This document shows, piece after piece, positions 25,572-35,118 of a stretch of 43,036 nt of DNA (positions are counted from its first letter, which is position 1; each line of letters begins with the position of its first letter). Position numbers and translations under genes: made by a program. Location: IMG/VR virus record IMGVR_UViG_3300048861_000039, positions 1 to 43,036 of that record. The stretch is one strand, 5' to 3'. This stretch comes from a virus. Its lineage: Duplodnaviria > Caudoviricetes. Under the pieces are notes generated by a model, which saw only the letters and a list, made by a program, of their open reading frames with translations, was not told the origin of the DNA and ran no database searches.

Positions 25572-27848
25572 CTATTCGCTGTGGACTATCGGCTGGCGGC
25601 CGCCGCCGCCGCCGACACCGCCACCACCACCGCCAGAGCTTCCGCTCGTCGGCACGGTGAAGAAGCCAACGTGGTGTCGGCCTGGATTCGCAGCCGACGC
25701 CCACGCATCGCTGTCGTTGTCGTAGAGGTCGTAAGTGACCGCTCCGCCGACGCGCGTCGGATCATCATAGGCGATCGACTTCGTCGTACCGGCCGCGAGG
25801 CCCGTGGCGATCGTCGCGCCGGTTACCGCGACGTCCGCGTGCCCGTCCGGATAGCGGCGGGTGTTGTCGGTGATCGTCAACGTCCCATCGGACGCCATGT
25901 CGATCACGTCGGTGCCGTTCTGGACCTCGACGATGTAGCTGTTGAACACCGCTTGCTGCAGGGCGTTTCCGGCTGAAAGCACACCGGCTGTCGCCGGCCC
26001 GAGGATTAGGCGGTCGCTCGTTATGCCGCGAACAACGTAGCGAATGCCGACATCATAGGTCGTGCTCGGCGTTACGGCCGTGATCACCTTCCGGGTGACG
26101 GTCGGATCGTCGATGCTGAGCGCTTCCCATCCTGCGTCGGGATCCTGTCCATCTACGTGCAAGCGAATGTCGAAAAGGACGGTAGCGGTGCTCGGATTGT
26201 CGACGACGCCGTCGACCTCGATCGCGGGGACGGACCCGCCACCCGAGGAGAGCGTCGTGCCGGTGATCGTCCACGAGGCCTCGTCCGGCATATCGACGGA
26301 CGTGTCGTAGACGATGCTCGCCGTGGGCGGTGCGACACCGGTCGCCCCGAGCGCGAGCGCGTGCTTGCCATCCGTCTCTGAGACGATCGTGTAGGTCACC
26401 GTCCCGGTCTGCGCGTCGAGATCCCGGCCCGTGATCAGGCATTTGATCAGGAAGCCGTCCTCGGGATTGAAAATGACGCAATCGCCGATGCGATAGTTCA
26501 GCCACCATGGCCCGAGCGGGACGGTGCCGGGCCCCGCTTCTCGTGCATCGCACACGTCGTAGGTCGCAAGCTGCGTGGCCTGCGTGACGTCCTGAACAAG
26601 CGAGTATTGAACCTCCTTGGTCCGCTCGTCGCCGTCGAGCGCGACATAGTCCGCGATGATCACGCCGGCAGCCGTGACCATCTCCCAGTCGTGCTCTTCA
26701 GATCGATACATCGGGATGATGCCGTTTATCCGCGAGCGGCGCGGCTGCGTACCGGCGAAGCTGCAATCTCCAACGATGTCCGCGCCCGTGATCGTCGCCA
26801 GGCTGACCCGAGGGTAGCGGTTGATGCAGATGATCAGGCCGCCGACCAGCGACGGTGTGGCACCGCCGGCTTGCAGGATCGACTTCAGGCTCGACCAGGG
26901 GGCATCCGGGCGCGTGACGACTTGACCGCCAACCTTCCAGCCCCGCGCGTCGTCGAGGTTCGCGCCCTCTACGAAACTGGCAATGTCGATCTCTGCGACC
27001 TTGGCACCGATCCCGCAGGCGCGCTTGCCGTTCTGATAGCGGCCGAGCGCCCAGGTCAGGCCGTGAAGGTGCGGATTTTCCGAATAGACATAGGTGCTTT
27101 CGTCAAGCGCTCGGCATGGGCCTGACCCGCCTGGATAGGTGCTATCGAGCCTCGGATCGTAGACGAGCACACCCTGCACGATCCACGACATTTGCACTTC
27201 GGTCGTGAACGGGTTTTTGCCGGTCGAATGGTAGCGCATGGTGACCAGCGTCGCCGCCATGCCCGAGAGCTTGCTGTTGGCGGTCCAGCCGGGAAACGTG
27301 CCGCTGAAAACCGGCATCGCCACGGGTTCGGGGCAGTTACCCCTCTGCCACGTCTGCAAAATGTAATCGTGATAGGTCCCGATCGCCGATCCAACTTGAG
27401 AATCACCGACACCGTCAAAAGTGACCGTCGTCCGGTTGGCGAAGGTCGCTTCCAGCGCGTGGATAGGACCAGCGCCTGAGAGGATGGTGACGAAGTATTC
27501 GTACTCGTTCTTACCGCCCGAGCCGCGCTTGCCGACAATATTGCCGCTGACCAGCGTCCGGCCCATCACGTAGGGCACGCCGGCATAAGGATCGGCCTTC
27601 CACTTCGTCTGGGAGCCGCCGCCCGACGGCTGGGGAGCGATAGCGCTGAGCGCCGATACCGCGCCGAGCGCCACGATGCCGCCGAGGATGGCGGTAGCGG
27701 TGCCGGCCGACACGCCCAGGGCGCCGATCGTGCCCGCCGCGAGGTAGGAGAATGTGAGCCCCGCAGAGAAGCCCGACGCCACGCCAGCGGTAACGACGGC
27801 AAGGGTGACCGCCGCAACGACGATCGCGGCTGTCTTCAGGATCTTCAT
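25572..27848 (-). CDS. Tail tip / host-specificity (J-like) protein
   Basis: PYVMGRT, VYDPRLDSTYPGGSG, YSENP motifs; Fn3-like C-terminal part. Confidence 0.85.
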   Translation of the reverse strand: MKILKTAAIVVAAVTLAVVTAGVASGFSAGLTFSYLAAGTIGALGVSAGTATAILGGIVALGAVSALSAIAPQPSGGGSQTKWKADPYAGVPYVMGRTLVSGNIVGKRGSGGKNEYEYFVTILSGAGPIHALEATFANRTTVTFDGVGDSQVGSAIGTYHDYILQTWQRGNCPEPVAMPVFSGTFPGWTANSKLSGMAATLVTMRYHSTGKNPFTTEVQMSWIVQGVLVYDPRLDSTYPGGSGPCRALDESTYVYSENPHLHGLTWALGRYQNGKRACGIGAKVAEIDIASFVEGANLDDARGWKVGGQVVTRPDAPWSSLKSILQAGGATPSLVGGLIICINRYPRVSLATITGADIVGDCSFAGTQPRRSRINGIIPMYRSEEHDWEMVTAAGVIIADYVALDGDERTKEVQYSLVQDVTQATQLATYDVCDAREAGPGTVPLGPWWLNYRIGDCVIFNPEDGFLIKCLITGRDLDAQTGTVTYTIVSETDGKHALALGATGVAPPTASIVYDTSVDMPDEASWTITGTTLSSGGGSVPAIEVDGVVDNPSTATVLFDIRLHVDGQDPDAGWEALSIDDPTVTRKVITAVTPSTTYDVGIRYVVRGITSDRLILGPATAGVLSAGNALQQAVFNSYIVEVQNGTDVIDMASDGTLTITDNTRRYPDGHADVAVTGATIATGLAAGTTKSIAYDDPTRVGGAVTYDLYDNDSDAWASAANPGRHHVGFFTVPTSGSSGGGGGGVGGGGGRQPIVHSE

Positions 27849-28285
27849 ACGGGCACCCGCCAGGCCGTCACGGGGTTGAGCAGGCGGAAGTGCGTTCCGT
27901 GCGGCGCTTCCTCGACAAACCCGACGACCGCGCCGTTGCCGAGATAGACGGTCAGAGCGTCCATCGCTCCGACGCTCGGCCCGGCGATGATGTCGCCAAG
28001 AATAGCGCTGGCGGGTGCGATTCGTTCGAGACCTATCGCGTCCAGCTGCTCTGCCAAGGATTCGAAACCGAGCCGGCCGATCGCACGCTTCGCGCCGAGC
28101 GCCGTGCTGTAGGTGCCGAGCTTCTTGCGGACCTTCGCGATAGCCTTCTCGAGCTTCGGAAACTGCGCAAGGTGATCGAGCGCCATCTGCCCGCAATCAC
28201 CACTGCCCCAGGCGAACGGCCGTTCCATATAGGCGTCGAGCGTCGCTTGCGCGCAGTCGCGCCTGACGATCAGATGATGATCCAT
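27845..28285 (-). CDS. NlpC/P60-like (DUF6950-type) tail assembly protein
   Basis: PFAWGSGDC...GDI. Confidence 0.75.
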   Translation of the reverse strand: MDHHLIVRRDCAQATLDAYMERPFAWGSGDCGQMALDHLAQFPKLEKAIAKVRKKLGTYSTALGAKRAIGRLGFESLAEQLDAIGLERIAPASAILGDIIAGPSVGAMDALTVYLGNGAVVGFVEEAPHGTHFRLLNPVTAWRVPV

Positions 28286-28287
28286 CG

Positions 28288-28926
28288 TCAGGTCCTTTTG
28301 TATGTGATGTTGCCCATCGAGGGCAGGTCGGTGCGGGTCTCGACGGCCGTCAGGTCGAGCTTCTGGCCCCACGGCACATAAGTCTCGACGTCGGTCACCA
28401 GCGACAGGCCGGTTTCGCCGGGCCAGATCGACTGATGGTAATTGTCCGAGAGGCGCTTGCCCTCCTCGGTCTGGAACATCCGCTCGCCGACGCCGGTCAC
28501 GCTGTATTCGAGGCTACGGGTATTCTTGCCCCATTTGATGATCGGCACGTCCAACTCGCCGGTCTGCAGGGCATAGGTGCCGATGCAGAGGCCCGTGGCG
28601 ATGTCTAGCACGCCCATCGACACGGTCACCTGCGAGCCTTGGACGTTCGGCTGCACGAAGCCTGCCAGCGCTGCTGTCGACGACGGCAACAGCGTGATCG
28701 TCACCGCCTTGGACTTGTCGCCGACGGCATCTCCGAGGCCCTTGATGCTGTCGAGCACGCCATAGGTCTCGTCGCGGCCGACGAAGAGGCGGTTGTCGAT
28801 CTGCACCTGACCAGATCCGTCGAGCAGGAATAGGTCGTAATCGGGCAGGTTGATCTCGACCATGCCGAACAGCAGCGGTCGCTCGCCTCGGAGGGCCGAG
28901 GCGACTGCGGGTGACAGTTGGGCCAT
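28288..28926 (-). CDS. Tail tip/hub protein (lambda L position)
   Basis: Synteny; HQSIWPGETG motif. Confidence 0.7.
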   Translation of the reverse strand: MAQLSPAVASALRGERPLLFGMVEINLPDYDLFLLDGSGQVQIDNRLFVGRDETYGVLDSIKGLGDAVGDKSKAVTITLLPSSTAALAGFVQPNVQGSQVTVSMGVLDIATGLCIGTYALQTGELDVPIIKWGKNTRSLEYSVTGVGERMFQTEEGKRLSDNYHQSIWPGETGLSLVTDVETYVPWGQKLDLTAVETRTDLPSMGNITYKRT

Positions 28927-28944
28927 TTTTCACTATGCCTTCTC

Positions 28945-29092
28945 CGCCTGCCGTGCAGCGGGACCGTGCAATTGTTGATTGTAGCTCAGAGCCTAGAGCG
29001 TCGCTTGAGACACAGCGAAGGTCGGGGGTGGCGGCAATTCCCTCAGTCCAGCCGAAGAGGTGAAAGACGGTTCGGGACGAGCACGGCAGGCG
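28945..29092 (+). other. Structured intergenic element closed by a perfect 12-bp inverted repeat (candidate ncRNA)
   Basis: CGCCTGCCGTGC / GCACGGCAGGCG with internal hairpins. Confidence 0.45.
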
Positions 29093-29098
29093 ACACCG

Positions 29099-29707
29099 CT
29101 ATTCGTCTTCGGTGATCGTGATCGTGCCAAAGTCGCTGTAGGGCGCGGTCAGTCGATCCCACGCGACTTCGTTGCCGGAGAGGCTCCCTTGGATCATCGG
29201 CTTGCCGAAATTGCACGGGTCGCCATCAGCCGGCAGTCGCCTGATCATAGGGAAGATAGGTAGTTCGGCCGCTGAGCCCGTCGCGTCGAGAATAGTCTGA
29301 GCCGAAGCGAAATAGAGGTAATATCGCCCATTGATGAAAGGGCTGAAGGCCTGCCCCTCCTTGATCGCATAGTACGGCGTGCCGCCTTTGATCTTGAGTG
29401 TCATGCCCGACTGCCCGCCGCCATCGACCACGATCGCACCCGGCGCGCCGACCTTGAAGCCATCCTGTCCGAAAGGCAGCAACGCGCCGAACAGCTTCGC
29501 CATTCGCAGGCGCGACGCCCAGATGCGGCCGAGCGGCTCGGTCGACATCTGCGGAAGGGTGAAGTCGAGCGAGTGTCGCGTGCCGAGCCGCATCAACGTC
29601 TGTACAGGGCCGCCAAGCGCAGGGGTGAGCGGGCCACCCCAGTCCAGCATATGCGGCTTGTCCGTCTTCAGCGACGGCTTGGATGGCAGCAGGATCGGGC
29701 CGGTCAT
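29099..29707 (-). CDS. Distal tail (Dit-like) protein
   Basis: Follows the tape measure; LTPALGGPVQTLMRLGTRH, VVDGGGQSG. Confidence 0.75.
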   Translation of the reverse strand: MTGPILLPSKPSLKTDKPHMLDWGGPLTPALGGPVQTLMRLGTRHSLDFTLPQMSTEPLGRIWASRLRMAKLFGALLPFGQDGFKVGAPGAIVVDGGGQSGMTLKIKGGTPYYAIKEGQAFSPFINGRYYLYFASAQTILDATGSAAELPIFPMIRRLPADGDPCNFGKPMIQGSLSGNEVAWDRLTAPYSDFGTITITEDE

Positions 29708-29819
29708 GTCGGCGTCCTCGCGGCTAGTACGAACTGCAACTCATGGCGCGCCCCGAGCCGCTTCACCGTTTGTACGGGGCCACCGAGAGGCGGCTTGGTG
29801 AACTGCGGTAGCGGGCGGA

Positions 29820-32800
29820 TCACTGCGGGATCGCCGAATAGGCGTCGTCGTGGCGGTCCTCGGCCGCCTGGCGCGCACCGCCGATCACTGCAGCTTGTGC
29901 CATCGGTGACGCAATGCGGGTGACCGCGACATCGAAGTAGGGCGACGGGCTAACCTTCACATGCAGGCCGTCTCCGGCTGGTGCAGCCGGCGCGCGCGAG
30001 ATGGAGGCGGCACTCGGCAGCTTTGGCATCGACAGGTGCGGCGACACGAGACCACCGTCGGAGAGCTTCGGGAAGGTGCCACGGTTCATGGCGTCGATCG
30101 CCGGCCAGTACGCCTTGACCGCGCGCTCGTTGACGATGCCCTCGCCGTTGGAGATCATGATGGGCTTCTTCCCCCCGACTAGAGCGAGGATGCTGTCCGA
30201 TCGGCCAGTGCCCGGTCCACGGATGATCCCGCCGAGGACCGATGGGCTGGCGCCGGAAGCGAAACCGGGCAGGCCGCCGTCGGCGAAGCCGAGCACGGAC
30301 TTTCCGCCGCCCACGCTACCGCCTTCCTTCAAACCGAGCAGCGCGAAGATCGCCTTTTCCGCCACCACGCGGGCGAGGTCGGCGATGATCGATGTCACCA
30401 TTTTCTTGAAGGCGGAAGAGACCGATTCCGTGCCGTCGATGATGCCCGTCAGGCCGTCCTCGAAGCTCTTGAGGCCGCCCACGGCGACGCCTTGTAGTGC
30501 GTCGCTAGTGTCGCCAACGCTCTGGCTCAGTTGATCCTTATAGGACTGGAGCGGAGAGGCGTACTGCTTGCCGAGGGCGGAGTTTTGTTTGGCCTCACGC
30601 TGATCGATCGATTGCAACGCGATGCCCGCTTTTTTCGCGGCCTCAGGGTTGGACTTGGCGTTGGCAACATCTCGGTTCAGCTGGTCGCGGTAAGCCTGTT
30701 GCTCGGCGGCCAATATCTGCTTTTCTACGGCCAGTCGCGCGACGCGCGTTGGAGCAATCTGCGCATCCAATCGAGCGAGATCCTGCCGCGCGTTGAGAGC
30801 GGCGACACCAAGATCATATTGCTCGTTCGTATTGTCGGTGTCGCGCTTAAGAGTAGCGCCCTGCTCTTGCAGCTGTTCGGTGAGATATAGGATGGCGACG
30901 AGCTGATTGCCCTCGGCAGCTGTACGCTTTCCTGCGGCCACCTCATCTTCGATACCGGCCGATCGCTGGATGAAGTCGTCCTGCGCCTTGCCGGTATCGG
31001 TCGCATATCGTTGATCAGGCGTCTGTGGCAGCTTTGCCTGCTCCGAGGCGTAGCCGTCCAGCGCCGCCCGAAGCTCGTTCTGGAACGAATTGTCATTATT
31101 GGCCGCGCTGCGCTCGGCGGTCTGCTGCCGGCGTGCCAGCGTGTCAGCAGACGGTCCCTTCCGCCCGAAGCCGACATGGTAATGATTGCCTTCGTCCAGC
31201 GCCTCGGTGAGATGGACGCCGGCATCCTCGAACGCCTTCTTGAGCGATGCGAGCGAGACTCCGGCCGTCTTCGCGACATCAAGCGCCTGGCCGGTCTCAT
31301 GCAGGCTCGTGCCGGGCTTCGCGGCCAGCGATCCTGTGCCAGCCTTGTAGCGATCGTAGAGGACGGACTGTTCGGCGGTGCTGCGCTGGGCGCTGGTTAC
31401 GCGCCCGCCAATGCTGTGGACGATGTCTTCGGCCTGCGAAAGATCGATCTGGCGACCGACCTGTCGGCCCGAAGTCGCCTCTTTCTGGGCGGCTTCGAGC
31501 CGCTTTACCGCCGCGGTCGCCGCGTCGAGCTCGGCGCCCCACTTCTTCACAGCCGCCTGCTGTGCCGGGCTATACGGCGTCTTATCGAGGTCGGCCTTCT
31601 GGTCGGTGAGCTCGCGCACCTTGATCTGCGCGCGTTCGAGCGGCGTGCTGGCGTTCTTCTCCTCGATCGACCGCTGGACGCCTTCGGTCGTCAGGACCGT
31701 GCCGCCGCGAAGGGCGGTAGCAACCTCGGAGGCCTTGCCCTTCAGCGTTTCCGCCTGCTTAGCTGCCTCGACGGACTGGCCAGCGAGGTGGTTGACCTCA
31801 TCCGCCAGCGCCCGGAGCGCCACCTTATCGTTGCCTGACGCCTGCTTTGCGAGGGCGTCGAGATTGTCGCGCAGCTTGACGACATTCCCATTGGCGCTGT
31901 CGACGGCCTTCTGGACGGCGGGATTGGACACGCTTGCGGCATCGAGGCCGGCGACCCCGGCCTGCTGAGTTGCTGAGCCGTAGAGCTGCGGGTTCGCCAC
32001 GGCGCGGGCGCGATCGAAAGCCTGACTGGCGAAGCCTCGTGCGGCGGACTCCTGCTTCTGGATGTCCGGGGCCTTCTCCTGCAGCGCTATCGCGCTCAAG
32101 AGCCGATTGCGCTCGACCAGTTTGCCGTTCGCCTTGTCGATCGCATCGGCGAAGCTATCCTGATCCTTCGCATACTGCTTCTCGGCCGAGCCGGCGTCGT
32201 TGACGGCGTCCTTGGTCTCGAAGAGATTGGCGATCAGCGGCGCGAGCAGGGACGTGCCGAGCGTGATCGCCAACCCCCACGGGCCGCCCATGAACTTGGC
32301 GAAGGTGCCCACCGCGCCCTCGGTCGCGCCCGTCTCCATCGCGAAGAACTGCATTGCCTCGGTGACGCGCGGGATCTCAAGCGCGAAGGCGCGGATGGGC
32401 GATTGCCCGGCTGTGATCGAGTCGGAAAATGACCGGACGACGTGTTCGGCGATCAGGCCTGACGCGCCCATGCGGGTATGCGCGCCGGCAACCTCGTCGA
32501 GATCGTTCGCCGCGATCCCGCTCTCAGCGGCGAGACGTTGAAGGCCGAGGACAGCCTCCTTCGAAGCGAGCGCCGCATTCTCGGCCGAAACGGCCTGCGC
32601 CTCCAGCGACACCGCAAGCGATCGAGCGCCGGCCGATGCTTCCTGCCCACTGTCTACAAGGCGCGCCTGCGCATCGGACAACGTGCGAAGATACGTCGCC
32701 GCCGCCTGTGCCTGCTCGGCCTCCTGCTTTGCGGCGGACAGGTTGATGACGATGCCCTGGGCGCTAGGCGTTGGCGCCCGCAAGGCCGCCTGCGCCGTCG

Positions 32801-33026
32801 CCCTGATATTCGCGAAAGAGCGAGAATATGCATCCTCCATCGCCTTCGCCTGATCGGCAACGGTGCCGCCCATCTTCTCGAACGATGCGCGAAAGGTGGC
32901 CTGCACGCCGTCCGCGGTATCCCCGAGTTCGAGGAGCGCGGACTTGCCGGCCTTGGTTGCGATCGTGAGGTCGCTCGCGCTGCCGCCGATCTGGACGAAC
33001 AGGTTGCGCGTGGTGCTTGGGGGCAT
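29820..33026 (-). CDS. Tape measure protein with internal peptidase M15 domain
   Basis: About 1070 aa Ala-rich helical; SAQRS...AAKPGTSLHETGQALDV...NHYHV. Confidence 0.92.
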   Translation of the reverse strand: MPPSTTRNLFVQIGGSASDLTIATKAGKSALLELGDTADGVQATFRASFEKMGGTVADQAKAMEDAYSRSFANIRATAQAALRAPTPSAQGIVINLSAAKQEAEQAQAAATYLRTLSDAQARLVDSGQEASAGARSLAVSLEAQAVSAENAALASKEAVLGLQRLAAESGIAANDLDEVAGAHTRMGASGLIAEHVVRSFSDSITAGQSPIRAFALEIPRVTEAMQFFAMETGATEGAVGTFAKFMGGPWGLAITLGTSLLAPLIANLFETKDAVNDAGSAEKQYAKDQDSFADAIDKANGKLVERNRLLSAIALQEKAPDIQKQESAARGFASQAFDRARAVANPQLYGSATQQAGVAGLDAASVSNPAVQKAVDSANGNVVKLRDNLDALAKQASGNDKVALRALADEVNHLAGQSVEAAKQAETLKGKASEVATALRGGTVLTTEGVQRSIEEKNASTPLERAQIKVRELTDQKADLDKTPYSPAQQAAVKKWGAELDAATAAVKRLEAAQKEATSGRQVGRQIDLSQAEDIVHSIGGRVTSAQRSTAEQSVLYDRYKAGTGSLAAKPGTSLHETGQALDVAKTAGVSLASLKKAFEDAGVHLTEALDEGNHYHVGFGRKGPSADTLARRQQTAERSAANNDNSFQNELRAALDGYASEQAKLPQTPDQRYATDTGKAQDDFIQRSAGIEDEVAAGKRTAAEGNQLVAILYLTEQLQEQGATLKRDTDNTNEQYDLGVAALNARQDLARLDAQIAPTRVARLAVEKQILAAEQQAYRDQLNRDVANAKSNPEAAKKAGIALQSIDQREAKQNSALGKQYASPLQSYKDQLSQSVGDTSDALQGVAVGGLKSFEDGLTGIIDGTESVSSAFKKMVTSIIADLARVVAEKAIFALLGLKEGGSVGGGKSVLGFADGGLPGFASGASPSVLGGIIRGPGTGRSDSILALVGGKKPIMISNGEGIVNERAVKAYWPAIDAMNRGTFPKLSDGGLVSPHLSMPKLPSAASISRAPAAPAGDGLHVKVSPSPYFDVAVTRIASPMAQAAVIGGARQAAEDRHDDAYSAIPQ

Positions 33027-33080
33027 TGGCACCTCGTTGACGCAAGAGTAGCGTCCAGCCTCTCTAAGGGAGGGCCGAAC

Positions 33081-33608
33081 GTGAAAATGATTGTGGGTGC
33101 CGTCGTCTTGATGTCTGCTTCGTGCGCGTCAGCTCGAACTCACGCCGAGCCAGCGCCGATGCAGTCACCGTTCAGTTTGGCAGACGTGGCATGGGCAGCG
33201 AAAGGAGGGGCGGCCTCCATAAGCGGAAGCGCGCTTATGCGGACGGTGGGGGGCGACGCAAAGACTTGCGCGGGGCAGCAGGTGAATCTGATTCCGCAAT
33301 CTGCTTACGCTCGTGAACGCATGACGCGCATGTTCGCCGACGCGGACCAAAAAGGTTACACGCCGGCAATCAGAATGCCGAAGCTTCCGGAGAGGGACCC
33401 GGATTTTGCAGCATCGGTGAAGCAGTCCGTTTGCGACGCCCAAGGGGCATTCACCTTCGACCATCTGGCGGCAGGCCAGTATTACCTGACGGCTGAGGTT
33501 ACTTGGGGCATCCCTCACGGATACATAACCAGTGTTGAGGGTGGTATTTTGATGCAGCCCGTCACGGTCGCTGACGGCGAGGCCAAGCGGGTTATCCTTA
33601 GCCCATGA
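33081..33608 (+). CDS. Moron: secreted/lipoprotein-like protein antisense to tail genes
   Basis: GGGAGG RBS; signal peptide with Cys; CDAQGAFTFDHLAAGQYYL carboxypeptidase-regulatory-like fold; TTGACG at 33037. Confidence 0.75.
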   Translation: MKMIVGAVVLMSASCASARTHAEPAPMQSPFSLADVAWAAKGGAASISGSALMRTVGGDAKTCAGQQVNLIPQSAYARERMTRMFADADQKGYTPAIRMPKLPERDPDFAASVKQSVCDAQGAFTFDHLAAGQYYLTAEVTWGIPHGYITSVEGGILMQPVTVADGEAKRVILSP

Positions 33609-33614
33609 CCACGA

Positions 33615-33779
33615 TCAACGCTTATTCGCCTCTTTCCGAGCATCAACCATCGCCCAAAACTCGTGCGGCGTGGCGGTCCAGAATTGCTGGGCGGACCAGC
33701 CGAAGGCGTCCAGGGCCACGCCCATGAGGCGACGATAGGGCCGGACTACGCCGGAACTATCGCCGCTTTCGCTTCCCCC
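33615..33779 (-). CDS. Tail assembly chaperone frameshift extension (gpT-like)
   Basis: FGWSAQQFWTATPHE motif in the -1 frame after GGGGGAA (33779-33773). Confidence 0.75.
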   Translation of the reverse strand, partial: GGSESGDSSGVVRPYRRLMGVALDAFGWSAQQFWTATPHEFWAMVDARKEANKR

Positions 33780-34195
33780 GTTGCGGTCCGGCCGCCTCCG
33801 ACCGCTTCGCCCAGGCATAGCGTCAGCCGGATCACGACGCTGATAAGGCCCTGCTCGTAGATCAATTCGCCGATGCGTTCCGCAGAGACGGCCGCCGTCA
33901 GCGGATCAGACGCGCCTGCCTTGATCAGCGCGGTTGCCACCTTCGCCGCCTCGCTGAGCTTCAGGCCGTGCCGATCCGCGCGCCGGGTGAGATCGACCAG
34001 CGAGAGCCCGGTCCCATCCTCCATCTCGACGATCGCATCATAGGTAGGGCGCAGCTTGTAAGTCTTCCCGCCGAGATCGAGCGTGTGCTCGCCCCGATAG
34101 GCGTTCGCCACGGCCGGCGCTTCGGGCGTCTCAGCCTTCGGCGCCGGCTCGCTGCGCGCGCGCGACTTGCGGGGCATGGATGGCTTCCGCGCCAT
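33746..34195 (-). CDS. Tail assembly chaperone (GTA gp10-like, gpG)
   Basis: ANAYRGE...LRPTYDAIVEME. Confidence 0.8.
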   Translation of the reverse strand: MARKPSMPRKSRARSEPAPKAETPEAPAVANAYRGEHTLDLGGKTYKLRPTYDAIVEMEDGTGLSLVDLTRRADRHGLKLSEAAKVATALIKAGASDPLTAAVSAERIGELIYEQGLISVVIRLTLCLGEAVGGGRTATGEAKAAIVPA

Positions 34196-34626
34196 TACGC
34201 AGCCACGGCCATCAGGTTATTGACCGTCGGCACGGCCGTTGCGCTTGCGTCGAACGAGAACGAGACGGCATCTCCGTTCGGTGCCGAGATCGAGAAGTTG
34301 CCGATACCGACCTGGCCCTGATACTTGACCACGGCGCCCTTCTTGATCTGCATATCGATCAGCGGCGGAGACGCCTGCGACGCGGTGTAGCCGAGGCTCA
34401 TGCCAGCGTCCGGCACCTTCAGCTTGCCGGTGACGGTGAAGTCATAGGTGGACTGGCCGAAGCCCTGAGCCTTCAGCTGACCATCGCCCTTCGTGCTGAG
34501 GTCGATCTTGTCGGTCGCCGTCTTCCAGTCGAAGCTGCCTTCGCCGCCGAGCGGGGTGAACGTCTCCGGATCACCAGCGGTGCCGAAGTTGATCGTCCAG
34601 TCCTTGCCATATTCCGTGCCTGCCAT
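34195..34626 (-). CDS. Major tail tube protein
   Basis: 143 aa after the tail terminator; IDLSTK...FTVTG...VSFSF. Confidence 0.8.
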   Translation of the reverse strand: MAGTEYGKDWTINFGTAGDPETFTPLGGEGSFDWKTATDKIDLSTKGDGQLKAQGFGQSTYDFTVTGKLKVPDAGMSLGYTASQASPPLIDMQIKKGAVVKYQGQVGIGNFSISAPNGDAVSFSFDASATAVPTVNNLMAVAA

Positions 34627-34698
34627 TTGAACTTCTCCATAGAAAAAGCCCGGCGGAAACCGGACTACACGCGCAAAAAAGTGGGATTGTCGACCGGA

Positions 34699-35115
34699 TC
34701 AGGCCGGCTCGACTTGAACCTCGTACTGGTGGATGCCGACACGGGTGACGCCGTCGTCCATCGTCGCCGTGTCGCCATTCAGCCACGTCGGCGTCGTGGG
34801 GAAGTTCACGCCGTCTGCGGCGATCTCTTTGTTGTCTAGCGCCTGCCTGACCTTCCACATGATCGCGAGCAGCCCACTCCGATCCGGGCCGCGATAGGTC
34901 ACCTGCACGTCGATCGTCAGCTTGTCGGCGGTCTCGCCTTTTCCGCCCGCTGGCGAGCCATCGAGATCCCCGATCAGCACCACGGGCAGCGGCGTGTTCT
35001 CATCGACGCTTTGCCGAACCAGCGCGATGTCAGGCGTGATCACGGCGGCCAGCGCGTCATAGAGCGCGTTGCGTGCCGCCTGCCATAGATCGGGAATGTC
35101 GGGATCGTCCGCCAC
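34699..35115 (-). CDS. Tail terminator (DUF3168-like)
   Basis: PVVLIGD...DGVTRVG; synteny. Confidence 0.75.
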   Translation of the reverse strand: MADDPDIPDLWQAARNALYDALAAVITPDIALVRQSVDENTPLPVVLIGDLDGSPAGGKGETADKLTIDVQVTYRGPDRSGLLAIMWKVRQALDNKEIAADGVNFPTTPTWLNGDTATMDDGVTRVGIHQYEVQVEPA

Positions 35116-35118
35116 CGC

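Noticed and set aside
28918-29115. Small plus-strand protein in the tail gap
   Set aside because: No convincing RBS or motif; RNA structure explains the region better
29760-29800. HDV-like ribozyme on the minus strand (GCC-TCTCGG-TGGC resembles P3/L3)
   Set aside because: No matching P1 5' strand, P1.1 GG or J4/2 could be placed
32478-33080. N-terminal 200 aa of the 376-aa plus ORF
   Set aside because: Overlaps the tape measure gene; RBS and signal peptide place the start at 33081
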